DNA of 64,000 bases from an uncultured delta proteobacterium (GTDB lineage: Bacteria > Myxococcota_A > Polyangia > Polyangiales > B10-G4). Positions 44,952 through 54,541 of the stretch are shown here, one piece after another. The translations under genes and the position numbers were made by a program. Within the stretch, counting starts at the first letter, position 1; each line of letters starts with the position of its first letter. Location: the NCBI GenBank assembly GCA_963727445.1, contig CAVSGI010000009.1, positions 608,001 through 672,000 of the forward strand. Reading direction: 5' to 3'. The notes under the pieces were generated by a model that was given only the letters and a program-made list of their open reading frames with translations, ran no database searches and was not told the DNA's origin.

Positions 44952-47528
44952 ATGCTCGTCTGCCCCCTCTGCCGCGTCGCGCTCGACCCGACGGAAACCA
45001 CCTGTCCCCGCGATGGACGGGAGGGCGAAGAGCAACACTTCGACGAGGTGACCGGCGATCTCGCGGAGCGCTTCAACGTCGTTCAGCCCTACGGCAAGGG
45101 CGCGACCGGGACGCTCTACCTCGCTGACGAGAAGCAGACCGGTCGTCGCGGCATCCTCAAGATCCTGCACAACGAGAGCGGCGTGAGCGTCACCGAACGC
45201 CAGCGCCTCAAGCGTGAGCTCGTCAAGCAGGCCACGCTCTCCAATCCGCATCTCGCGCTCCCCGTCGTCACGGGTGAAGCGAACGGACATTTGTGGCTGT
45301 TCCGCGAGTGGGTGGAAGGTGTGTCGCTTCGCGTGCGCTTGAGCCGCGGCGGAAAGCTCGCCGTGCCCGAGGCGCTCTCCATCGCCGCGCAGCTCGCCGA
45401 GGCGCTCGACGAGCTTCATCGCGCTGGGCTCCTGCATCGCGACCTCTCACCGGATCACGTCCTGTTGCACCCGCAGCCCTCGGGCGTGCCCAAGGTCGTG
45501 GTGATCGACGCAGGCGTCGCGGCGCGCATCGACGGCGACACCGGCTTCGACATCGCCGGTACCCCCGGTTACGTCTCCCCCGAGCAGGCGACGGGCAAGC
45601 TCGTCAGCTTCCGCAGCGACCTCTACGCCCTGGGCGCTCTGCTCTACGAGATGCTCGAGGGTCAGCCCCTCTTTTCCGCTGATGACGACGCCGCGCTCCT
45701 CGAGGCGCACGCCAATCAGCCCATTCCCACCCTGCCGAGCAACGTCCCCTCCGGGGTCCAGCAGCTGATCACCCAGCTGCTCGCAAAGGACCCGCGGGAG
45801 CGACCTTTCTCGGCGCAGCAGTCCAAGCGTGTGATCGAGCCCTTCTTGCCGGAGAGCAAGGGGCAGCGCGATCCCACCGTCTCCTTCGTGCCTCAGGATG
45901 AGAAATCGGCGGCGCAGTCGACGGACGTCACCGCCGGCTCCGGAACGCTCCGTCCTCCCAACCAGAAGAAGATGACGATCATGGGAATGCCATCCGCTCC
46001 AATGCCGAACAAGCCACCGCCCCCGCCCCCCGAGCAGGCCGCTCGGGTGAGTCAGCCCGTCGCGAGCCGCCCGCCGCCCCCTCCCGGAGAGCGCACCAGC
46101 GCCGCGCCGACCGGTGCCAATGGCGCCAATGGTGCCGGTAAGAAGCGCGTGAGCAGCGTGCCGCCGCCGCCGCCCGCGGACGCCCTCAAGAAGAAGGTCG
46201 CCGGCAAGAACGCCGACTCCACCCAGGAGCTCGACGCGCTCGACCTCGAGCCGGTGGAGGCGCCGGTGATCGCGGCCGCGCCGCCCACCTCTTCCATGCC
46301 CTCGGGCGTGGCGCCGGTGCCCGTCGCCAGCGACGACGACCTCGATTACGACGACCTCGCGGAGACCACCGCGTTGGACCGCAGCGAAGCGGAGCAGAAG
46401 CTCGGCGCGCTCCAGGCGGCGGCGCCCGCGGAAGCGTCGGCTGCACCGGCCGCAGCGTTCCCTCCGACCACGACGCAGCCGGCGACGCAGACCGCCCCCG
46501 GCTTCCCGTCCCCCGAGGCTGCCCCCCTGGCGACGGCGCCCGGATCCTCACCGCAAGAGGCCGCTGCCTTCGAGCAGGCAGCTCAGGCGATCGAAACCGG
46601 CGGCGCTGTCGTTCCGCCGACCGCGGAGATCCCGATCCAGCCGCAGTCGCAGCAGCCCTACGCGGCGAACGTTCCACAGTCGCAGCCCTACGGGGCCGCC
46701 GCGCAACCGCAAACGATGCAGCCGGTGATGGAGCCGGTGAAGCTGCCGACCAAGAGCCGGCTTCCCCTCATCCTCGGCGTCCTTGTCGTGGGCTTCTGCC
46801 TGGTGAGCGCGGGCGTCCTCGGCGGTGGTTACTACCTCTGGACCTCCGCGCAGGAAGAGCTCGCTCAGAACCTCGAAGGGCTCGAACAGATCGATCTGAA
46901 CCCGCAGCCGGTCCCTTCGATCGAGGACTCCCCCTCCATCGTGCCCGCGCCCACGCCGGGGATGGAGACCGCGCCAGTCGCCGAAGCCGAGCCGGCTGCC
47001 GAGCCCGAGCCCGTCGCCGAGCCGGTCGCCGAGCCCGAGCCCGTCGCCGAGCCTGAGCCCGTCGCCGAGGAGCACCACGCCGGGCGCGAGGAGCGCGAGC
47101 ACGCTTCTTCCATGCGCACGGAGCACAACGCCGGCACGAGCTCCATGCAGCAGCGTGCCGAGCCGACGATGGCTTCCGGCGGAAACGACCTCGAGTCGCT
47201 GCGTACGCAGGCGCGTGACGCATGGAGAGCGGGCAACTTCCGCGGCGCTGCCCAGGCCTACGAGCGTGCCGCTGCCATCGCTCCGCGTGACGCGGGCGTC
47301 TTCATGGGCCTCGGGTCCGCGCGCTATCGGATGCGCGACTATCGCGGCGCGGTGCAGGCGTATCAGCGCGCCGTCGAGCTCAACCCGCGCAACTCCGGCT
47401 ACATGGCGTCTCTGGGACGCGCCCTGCTCGCGAGCGGCGATCGTAACGGCGCGCGTCAGGCGTACCAGCGCGCGCTCGCCCTCGACCCGAACAACGCCGC
47501 GGCGCGCCAGGCCCTCGAGGGCATGTAG
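44952..47528 (+). CDS. Ser/Thr kinase-like protein with an N-terminal Cys motif, Pro-rich region, TM and C-terminal TPRs
   Basis: CPLC...CPRDG; GKGATG, ILK, HRDLSPDHV, DAG, GTPGYVSPEQ and SDLYALG; TM; TPRs. Alternative start at 44866. Confidence 0.85.
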   Translation: MLVCPLCRVALDPTETTCPRDGREGEEQHFDEVTGDLAERFNVVQPYGKGATGTLYLADEKQTGRRGILKILHNESGVSVTERQRLKRELVKQATLSNPHLALPVVTGEANGHLWLFREWVEGVSLRVRLSRGGKLAVPEALSIAAQLAEALDELHRAGLLHRDLSPDHVLLHPQPSGVPKVVVIDAGVAARIDGDTGFDIAGTPGYVSPEQATGKLVSFRSDLYALGALLYEMLEGQPLFSADDDAALLEAHANQPIPTLPSNVPSGVQQLITQLLAKDPRERPFSAQQSKRVIEPFLPESKGQRDPTVSFVPQDEKSAAQSTDVTAGSGTLRPPNQKKMTIMGMPSAPMPNKPPPPPPEQAARVSQPVASRPPPPPGERTSAAPTGANGANGAGKKRVSSVPPPPPADALKKKVAGKNADSTQELDALDLEPVEAPVIAAAPPTSSMPSGVAPVPVASDDDLDYDDLAETTALDRSEAEQKLGALQAAAPAEASAAPAAAFPPTTTQPATQTAPGFPSPEAAPLATAPGSSPQEAAAFEQAAQAIETGGAVVPPTAEIPIQPQSQQPYAANVPQSQPYGAAAQPQTMQPVMEPVKLPTKSRLPLILGVLVVGFCLVSAGVLGGGYYLWTSAQEELAQNLEGLEQIDLNPQPVPSIEDSPSIVPAPTPGMETAPVAEAEPAAEPEPVAEPVAEPEPVAEPEPVAEEHHAGREEREHASSMRTEHNAGTSSMQQRAEPTMASGGNDLESLRTQARDAWRAGNFRGAAQAYERAAAIAPRDAGVFMGLGSARYRMRDYRGAVQAYQRAVELNPRNSGYMASLGRALLASGDRNGARQAYQRALALDPNNAAARQALEGM

Positions 47529-47540
47529 TCGACGCCCTCC

Positions 47541-48529
47541 TCAGGGGACGAGCACCACGGATTCCGGCTGTCTTTCTCGCTTCGAGGTCGCGGTGGCATT
47601 CCATCGCGGCTTCGAGCGGATAGCGATGGCGGGGCTCGGCGTCGATGACGCCGCGGCCGACGAGAATCGAAGACGGCGGCGGCGCTTTCGCGCAGCTCCT
47701 CGGGCTCCGCGACGTAATGAAAGAGCGTCGGGCGCGTGAGGTAGAGCGAGCCTTTGCGCGCGAGGATCATCGGGTCGAAGGGCTCCGGCGTTCCCGAGGC
47801 GTTGCCGAAGCCCACCATCATCCCGCGCCGCTTCAGGCAATCGAATCCGCGCAGGAAGGTGTCGCGCCCCACGGAGTCGTAGACCACCACAACGCCTTCG
47901 CCATCGGTCAGCTCGCGCACGCGCTCGACGAAATCCTCACGCGTGTAGATGACCGGGTGGTGGCAACCGTGCTGGCGCGCGAGCTCGGCCTTTTCGTCGG
48001 TGGACACGGTGCCGATCACCGTCGCGCCCAGATGCGAGAGCCAGCGGCAGGCGATGAGCCCCACGCCCCCCGCCGCCGCGTGCCAGAGCACGGTCATCCC
48101 CTTCTTCACTTCGAAGGTGCGACGCACGAGGAACTCGACGGTCATGCCTTGAAGGAGCACCGAAGCGGCCTGCTCGAAGCTCACCGCGTCGGGGATCGCC
48201 ACCACCTTCGACGCGTCGAGGACCCGCGCCTGGGCGTAGCCGCCGGGCCCTGCGGTGGCGTGGGCGACGCGGTCTCCCACCGCCAGCTCCGTCACACCTT
48301 CGCCGACCGCCTCGACCACGCCAGCCCCCTCCTGACCGATGACGCGCGGCAGGTCCTCCAGCGCGTAGAGCCCGGAGCGGTGATAGGTGTCGATGAGGTT
48401 CACGCCGATCGCGTGTTGGCGGACGCGCACCTGTCCCGGGCCGGGGTCGGGGAGGGTGACGTCTTCGTAGCGCAGGACCTCCGGTCCCCCGGTCTCGTGT
48501 ACGCGGACTGCTTTCACCGTGATGCTCAT
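47541..48529 (-). CDS. qor: NADPH:quinone oxidoreductase (zeta-crystallin family); two +1 frameshifts at ~47666 and ~47562
   Basis: GGPEVL, AIGVNLID, GQEGAG, AAAGGVG, YDSVG and LYLTRPTL. Removing two bases restores ...FDLVGRGVID...HRDLEARKTAGSVVLVP* (span 989 = 3n+2, 328 aa). Confidence 0.88.
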
Positions 48530-48585
48530 GGCCAGAGCATACCCCCGCTTTACACAGATGAAGCCCTGCGGTAACGAAGCGACGC

Positions 48586-49608
48586 ATGATCATCACGCGG
48601 CGGTTCCCGGCGCATCTCCTCGTCGCCTTCACCGTCCGGCTGGCGGGGCTCGTCGCCGTGTGGGCCGCCATCGTCTTCGCCGCTTATTTCTACGGTGGGA
48701 TGACGATCCTCCGGGTGCCCTACCTGCCCATCGCCACCATCGGCACCGCGGTCGCCTTCTACATCGGCTTCAAGAACAACTCGGCCTACGACCGCTTCTG
48801 GGAAGGACGCAAGATCTGGGGCGGCATCGTGAACTCCAGCCGCACCTGGGCCAACGGCGTGATCAGCTACGTCGATCCCACGCGTGAGGACGACGAGGCG
48901 CACGCGGTGCACGAGCGGCTGATCTATCGTCACGTCGCCTGGGTCAACGCCCTGCGCCTGCAGCTCCGGAAGACCTCTCGGTTCCACTACAAGCCCGCGC
49001 GGTCCACCAAGCGGCGCCTCGCCCAGCACGCCGACCACATGCGCAACGACTGGGACAAGGAGCTGTCACCTTTCCTCCAGCGCGACGAGCTCGAAGGCGT
49101 GTCGGCGCGGAAGAATCCGGCCACGCACATGCTCCTCGAACAGGGCAGGGAGCTGGCGGCCCTCGTCGAGCAGGGGCGTCTCGACATGTTTCGCCAGCTC
49201 GAGCTGATGGGTGTGATCGAGGAGCTCTACGGGCTGCAGGGCAAGTGCGAGCGCATCAAGAACACGCCCCTGCCCCGTCAGTACGCGGAGTTCAGCCGTA
49301 TCTTCGTTCGCGTCTTCGTGGCCCTTCTGCCTTTCGGCATGCTCGACATCTTCGCCGATCACGCCGCGGAGTCGGGCGTGGCCCTCGCGGCCCATGGCGG
49401 GATGATGATCATCTCGACGGCGCTGGTGGGGTGGGTCTTCCTCACCATGGAAGGCATCGGCGACTCCAGCGAGGACCCCTTCGAGCGCAGCTTCAATGAC
49501 GTGCCGATGAACGCTCTGTCGCGTACGATCGAGATCGACCTGCGGGAGATGCTCGGTGAGACCGAGCTGCCTCCGAAGGAGGAGCCCGCAGGTTTCGTGT
49601 TGTATTGA
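48586..49608 (+). CDS. Bestrophin-like (UPF0187) ion channel
   Basis: GFKNNSAYDRFWEGRKIWG, GKCERIKNTPLP and EDPF...NDVPM...RTIEIDL. Confidence 0.9.
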   Translation: MIITRRFPAHLLVAFTVRLAGLVAVWAAIVFAAYFYGGMTILRVPYLPIATIGTAVAFYIGFKNNSAYDRFWEGRKIWGGIVNSSRTWANGVISYVDPTREDDEAHAVHERLIYRHVAWVNALRLQLRKTSRFHYKPARSTKRRLAQHADHMRNDWDKELSPFLQRDELEGVSARKNPATHMLLEQGRELAALVEQGRLDMFRQLELMGVIEELYGLQGKCERIKNTPLPRQYAEFSRIFVRVFVALLPFGMLDIFADHAAESGVALAAHGGMMIISTALVGWVFLTMEGIGDSSEDPFERSFNDVPMNALSRTIEIDLREMLGETELPPKEEPAGFVLY

Positions 49609-49621
49609 AGGTGTAGCGGTC

Positions 49622-51466
49622 ATGCGGTTCTTGCTCTTGGTCCTCCTGCTGGTCGTCGCGTGCGGCGACGACACGGCGCCTCCGGACGGAGGTTTGGACG
49701 CAGCGGGCGACGCTGCCCCCGACGCCGATGCCGACGCGGCACCCTCCTGCACGCACGTCGTGGGCCCGCCGGAGGCGCTTCCGGAGCCGCAGATCCACAC
49801 CCCGCGCTGGGCCTTCGAGCCTTGGATCTCGAAGGACATCTCGGACCGTGACGACTCTTTCGCCTTCGTCGACGGATTCATCAGCCGCGACATCCCGGTC
49901 GGTGTCCTGGTCCTCGATAGCCCTTGGGAGACCCAGTACAACACCTTCGTCCCCAACCCATCGCGCTATCCGGACTTCCCGGACATGGTCGCTCAGCTCG
50001 ACGAGCGCGGCGTGCGCATCGTTCTGTGGGTGACGCAGATGGTGAACAACTCCTCGTACGATCTGGAAGAGGGCGGCGACGTCTACTCGGGCCCTGCGCC
50101 CAACTTCCTCGAAGGGTTGGCCTGCGGCTACTACGTCGACGACGGACGGACCTGGGGCTGGTGGAAGGGTGAAGGCGCGGGCGTCGACTTCTTCGACGAG
50201 GGCGCGCGCCAGTGGTGGCACGCGCAGCAGGACGCGCTGATCGATGCGGGGCTCGACGGCTGGAAGCTCGACTTCGGCGAGAACTACATCCGCCGCGACA
50301 GGCTCGCCACGGCCGAAGGCGAGAAGTCACACCAGGAATACTCCGAGGCCTATTACCGCGACTACTACGCTTACGGGCAGTCCCGGGCCGGCCGCGACTT
50401 CATCACGATGGTGCGCCCCTGGGACCAGAGCTACGACTTCGAGGGTCGCTTCTACGCCCGCCCCGAGCACGCGCCGGTGGCGTGGGTCGGCGACAACCAT
50501 CGCGACTGGACGGGCATCGTCGATGCGCTCGACGAGATCCTTCGCTCGGCGGTCGCGGGCTACGTGGTGCTCGGCTCGGACCTCGGCGGCTATCTCGACC
50601 GCGACGAGCTCGACATCCTGCGGATCATCCCCTTCGATCTCGAGGTCTTCCAGCGGTGGACGGCTCTCGCCGCGCTCACGCCCTTCATGCAGCTTCACGG
50701 CCGCGCCAACCTCGAGCCCTGGGCGATCGACGATCCCTCCGGTCTGACCCTGGACAACTACCGGTACTGGGCGAAGCTCCACTCCGCGCTGGTGCCCTTT
50801 TTCTACAGCCTGGCGGAGGAGGCCTACGCGGGCGGCGAGGTGATCATCCGTCCCTTCGGCACGACGCCGACCGATTGGGCGGACGACTTCCGCTTCATGC
50901 TCGGCGACGCCTTCCTGGTGGCGCCGGTCATCGCGGCGGGGGACGCAAGGGACATCGCGCTGCCCACCGGTGAGTGGTACGACTGGTGGGACCCGAGCGG
51001 CGATGCCATCGCCGGCGGCACGACCCTCACGGCGTACGACCTGAGCGAGCGGGGCCGCGTCGGCCTCTTCGTCGCGGCGGGCGCCATCGTGCCGATGCAC
51101 GTGGTGGACGACGCGAACGGTCTGGGCAGCGACGCTTCGGCCGGCGCGCTCACGGTGCTCGTGTGGCCGAGCGCGACCGCCACGCGCTTCGTGCTGCACG
51201 ACGACGACGAGATGGAGACCGAGATCACCGCCGCGGCGGACACGGTCACCATCGCGCGCGCCCTCGCGCCGGTCCTCTTCCGGATACGCACTGGCGCCAT
51301 GCCGGCGAGCGTCGACGTGGGCGGCGCGTCCGCGTCCGAGGTGGCGGACCGCGCGGCCCTGGACGGCAGGGCCGATGGTTGGTTCTACGAGGCGAGCTCG
51401 CGGAGCATCTGGGTGAAGGTTCCGGCGACCGACGCGTCGACGACCATCACCTGGACCATGCCCTGA
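49622..51466 (+). CDS. Glycoside hydrolase family 31 lipoprotein
   Basis: VVAC lipobox; PRWAF, LDSPW, GWKLDFGE nucleophile motif, WVGDN, GSDLGGY and FMLGDAFLVAPV. Confidence 0.88.
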   Translation: MRFLLLVLLLVVACGDDTAPPDGGLDAAGDAAPDADADAAPSCTHVVGPPEALPEPQIHTPRWAFEPWISKDISDRDDSFAFVDGFISRDIPVGVLVLDSPWETQYNTFVPNPSRYPDFPDMVAQLDERGVRIVLWVTQMVNNSSYDLEEGGDVYSGPAPNFLEGLACGYYVDDGRTWGWWKGEGAGVDFFDEGARQWWHAQQDALIDAGLDGWKLDFGENYIRRDRLATAEGEKSHQEYSEAYYRDYYAYGQSRAGRDFITMVRPWDQSYDFEGRFYARPEHAPVAWVGDNHRDWTGIVDALDEILRSAVAGYVVLGSDLGGYLDRDELDILRIIPFDLEVFQRWTALAALTPFMQLHGRANLEPWAIDDPSGLTLDNYRYWAKLHSALVPFFYSLAEEAYAGGEVIIRPFGTTPTDWADDFRFMLGDAFLVAPVIAAGDARDIALPTGEWYDWWDPSGDAIAGGTTLTAYDLSERGRVGLFVAAGAIVPMHVVDDANGLGSDASAGALTVLVWPSATATRFVLHDDDEMETEITAAADTVTIARALAPVLFRIRTGAMPASVDVGGASASEVADRAALDGRADGWFYEASSRSIWVKVPATDASTTITWTMP

Positions 51467-51478
51467 GCGCGCGCGCCA

Positions 51479-53581
51479 TCAGTCGCAGGGATCGTCGGGG
51501 CCGCCGGTGCCGGCGACGATGGTCGGCGTCCCGGTGGCGAAGAGTGTCTCCAGGAAGCAGCCGTACTGGTGCTTCGGCGGCTCGAGCTGGAAGGTGACGT
51601 AGTGTCCGCCGCGCGGGCGATCCGGCAGGTAGCGGACGACGCCCGCGGTGAGCGGTGAGCCGTCGGGGGCTATGCGGTTCTCGGTGACAGGTGGGTCGAG
51701 GAGCGTCCCGCCCGCCAGGCGGATCGCGTCGCTGATCTGGGCGTCGCCCACGTCCGGGCCGACCAGGTCCACGCCGATCCCGCTCACCAGCGCGCGCTGG
51801 AGGAGCTCCGGGATGTTGTCGTCGTCGTAGCCCTCGATGACCAGAACGTGCCGGGCGGTGTGCCCCGGTCTCAGGCGCCGATGCACGCCGGCGACGTAGT
51901 GGATGTTGTCGGCCGGTCCGACGGCGAGGTCGAAGATCGCGATCACCGGATGGAATTCGTCGAGGCTCTCGGAGGGCGGCAGGCCGACCAGGAGCGCTGC
52001 GGTGTCGCCGAGGTTCACCGGGTCCGTCGGACCGAAGGCGAACTCGATCCACGATCCACCGGCGCCGGTGAGGATCGCGCCGAGATAGCCGTCGTCCAGA
52101 GAGGAGAGCATGCCGGTGAGGTGCGCGCCGAGGGACTGACCCATCACGGCCATCTTCGCCGGGTCGTAGCGGACCATGCCGTCCGTCGCCGCGCTGGCGT
52201 CGACACCCGGGCAGGTCGTGGGATCGATCCGCAGCGAGAGGACGAGCCGCCGAAACATCGCGTGCTCCATCAGCGTCTGCGCGAAGTTGTCGCGCATCCC
52301 CCGCGGATTCGTGAAGTTGTACATGATGTACCCCTCGTTCGAATCCGTCGGGTCGATGCGCTCGGGGTTCAGGACGCCGGCCATCCCCGACACGCCGATG
52401 CCGCGACGCGCGAGGTTCTGCGCCGGCCCGGTGCCTGGCGTCGGGGGCGAGGTCCCGGTCGCGGTGCCGCGGTCGAGGATTTGCCGCGCGAGGCCGCCCG
52501 TGCCGTTGACGTAGAAGAGCAGCGGGAAGCCCTCGGCAGGCATCACCTGCTTCGGTACCGCGACGACGAAGGGCACGGCTTCGGTCCGTTGCTCGACGGG
52601 GATGTCGCCACCGTCGACCTGCATCACGCCCTCGCCCGGGTCGGTGTAGGGCGGCGTTCCGTTCTGGTGCTGGGGCGCCTGCCACTCGCCTTCGTAGGCG
52701 CAGTACTCGTCCATCACCGTCGTGCGGCTCAGCGGCGAAACCGGAGAGAGCGCGGGCTGCTCGCCGGCCCACTTCACCCACTTGGCCACGTGAAGCGTGG
52801 GGACACCGGTGCGGTAGACGGTCGCGCCGACCACGGAGGCGGGGTCGATGGACGCCTCGCCGAGCCAGGTGCGAAGCGGCGCGAAGGCGTCGACGAGCGC
52901 CGCGTCGCTGCCGGTGCCGTCGAGCACACCCGCGAGCGCGTCGGACCGCACCAACGGGCGCGCGGAATCGCCGCTGCCGATCGAATCGCGGACCACCAGG
53001 GCGTAGAGGGTGCCTTCACGCAGGTCGTGCCCCGGGACCGGAAGCACGCTGAGAAGGCGCGACGGGCGGTAGCTGTCGCCGGCCGCGTCGGCCTGGGCGA
53101 TGCGCAAGGGGGTGAAGGTGCCGCGGTCCTCGGAGTCGGGATCGATGTTCACCAGGAGCACCGGGCTGTCTTCGGAGACGCTGTCGGCCTCGGTCGGGAA
53201 GTTCCCATCGTCGAGCGGCCCGGTGAAGCGGAGCCAGATGGGACCCGAGGGGCTGAAGCCGTCGCGGTCGCCGGCGGCGTCGATGAAGTCGTCGATCAGC
53301 TGCTGGCTTCGCGGGTTGGGGAAGTCGGTGAGGTCGGGTGGGCCCGCCGCACCCATGCGTCGCGTCTCGAGGGGGAAGGGCTGGGCGAAGAAGTCGCCGC
53401 CGCGATCGAGGAGCAGGCGCATCTCGATGGGGCCGGACTCTCCGGCGTCAGCGTCCGCGTCGGCCGTGCCGTCGTTCGGAGCGTCCGTCGCGGCGTCGGC
53501 GGCATCGGTGGAACCATCGTCACCGCAGCCGGCGACGAGCAGGATGGCGAGGAGAGCGGAGACGAGACGAGTGTCGAGCAA
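51479..53581 (-). CDS. Lipoprotein with an N-terminal Ig-like region and an alpha/beta-hydrolase domain
   Basis: TTG start; VAGC lipobox; DGFSP motif; YVNGTGG, MGQSLGA nucleophile elbow, GYDD and a late GGH. Confidence 0.8.
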   Translation of the reverse strand: MLDTRLVSALLAILLVAGCGDDGSTDAADAATDAPNDGTADADADAGESGPIEMRLLLDRGGDFFAQPFPLETRRMGAAGPPDLTDFPNPRSQQLIDDFIDAAGDRDGFSPSGPIWLRFTGPLDDGNFPTEADSVSEDSPVLLVNIDPDSEDRGTFTPLRIAQADAAGDSYRPSRLLSVLPVPGHDLREGTLYALVVRDSIGSGDSARPLVRSDALAGVLDGTGSDAALVDAFAPLRTWLGEASIDPASVVGATVYRTGVPTLHVAKWVKWAGEQPALSPVSPLSRTTVMDEYCAYEGEWQAPQHQNGTPPYTDPGEGVMQVDGGDIPVEQRTEAVPFVVAVPKQVMPAEGFPLLFYVNGTGGLARQILDRGTATGTSPPTPGTGPAQNLARRGIGVSGMAGVLNPERIDPTDSNEGYIMYNFTNPRGMRDNFAQTLMEHAMFRRLVLSLRIDPTTCPGVDASAATDGMVRYDPAKMAVMGQSLGAHLTGMLSSLDDGYLGAILTGAGGSWIEFAFGPTDPVNLGDTAALLVGLPPSESLDEFHPVIAIFDLAVGPADNIHYVAGVHRRLRPGHTARHVLVIEGYDDDNIPELLQRALVSGIGVDLVGPDVGDAQISDAIRLAGGTLLDPPVTENRIAPDGSPLTAGVVRYLPDRPRGGHYVTFQLEPPKHQYGCFLETLFATGTPTIVAGTGGPDDPCD

Positions 53582-53693
53582 GGCGGATCCTGAAATGCCC
53601 CCGAGGGCGGGGACGACGCGGTCGGTGATCACCGAGAAGATGGAGTAGGAATTGGCGGTGTTCGTGGCGCCATCGACGTCGGAGCGCGAGGCG

Positions 53694-54057
53694 TCAGCGC
53701 CATCGAAGGAGCGCCGCCACCAGCATCGACCATAGCCGAGATTTCCGTCGATCCGCGATGGTTTGGTCTGAGGTGTCCGAGGGTGATGCGGCCGCGACGG
53801 CCTCCAGCGCCACCTCTTCGAAGAGCGCGACGCCGGGCTCGATGACGAAGCGACGCGCGCGGGGGTCGAAGAAGCCGACCTCGTCGAAGCCGTCGCCATC
53901 GAGGTCTGTCGAAGCCGTCGCCATCGAGGTCTGCCGCGAAGGGCGTCGGCCAGGTGAAGCCGCTGCGGCTCGTCCCGAGGTGAAAGGCGTCGGCGCTGTC
54001 TCCGCGGTCGTCGAGGAAGAGCTCGAAGAAGCTGGGCGCGGCGCCGTTCCAGGGTGA
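53694..54057 (-). pseudogene. Degraded FG-GAP/VCBS-repeat gene fragment with a 25-bp tandem duplication
   Basis: PFAADLDGDGFD|EVGFFDP is split by a duplicated GTCGAAGCCGTCGCCATCGAGGTCT (53883-53907 and 53908-53932); no proper start. Confidence 0.5.
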
Positions 54058-54059
54058 CC

Positions 54060-54483
54060 TCAGTGATAGCCCTCGCAGCGGAGCAGGTCGTCGTTCTCGA
54101 TGTAGAGCGTGGTGTTCTGACAGATCTGAACACCCTGCTGGATGCACTCGTCGCCGTCCTCGTCGACGAGCTTCAGGTCGTAGCTGTCGCACCCGACGCC
54201 GGCGAGCGTCAGCGACTCGCCCGCATGAAGGATTCTGATTCGCCCCGAGTTGATCCGGACCCCAGGTCGATTGGCTCGTCGGGCTGATGTAGACGTAGTG
54301 GATGTCGTAGTTCGAGTTGTTCACGAGGCGATAGGCGGAGTTGCTCGCGGGTACGGCCCCTCCGCTCGTATTCGCGGGTGCGTTGTTCGCGCCGCTGTTG
54401 TTGACGGCACCACCGCCGCCGCCGCAAGCGACGAGCGAGGCCGAAGACAGAGCGAGCACGAGTCCGAAGACGATCTGATTCAT
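54060..54483 (-). CDS. Small secreted lipoprotein (beta-sandwich); +1 frameshift at ~54233
   Basis: LVAC lipobox; LVNNSNYDIHYVYISP...WGPDQLG. Removing one base restores NQILHAGESLTL...YDLKLVDEDGDEC...*. Span is 424 = 3n+1. Confidence 0.78.
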
Positions 54484-54541
54484 CACGAATCCCCTTTCCG
54501 ATTCGGACGATGCGGCGGCTCTCGTGCTGTCGGCAAGCGAA

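Noticed and set aside
46980..47069. EPEPVA coding repeats
   Set aside because: An ordinary Pro/Glu spacer in a periplasmic linker.
6139..54483. Programmed ribosomal frameshifting or true pseudogenisation for the four split genes
   Set aside because: No slippery sequences, and the shared GATC context points to a systematic sequencing error.
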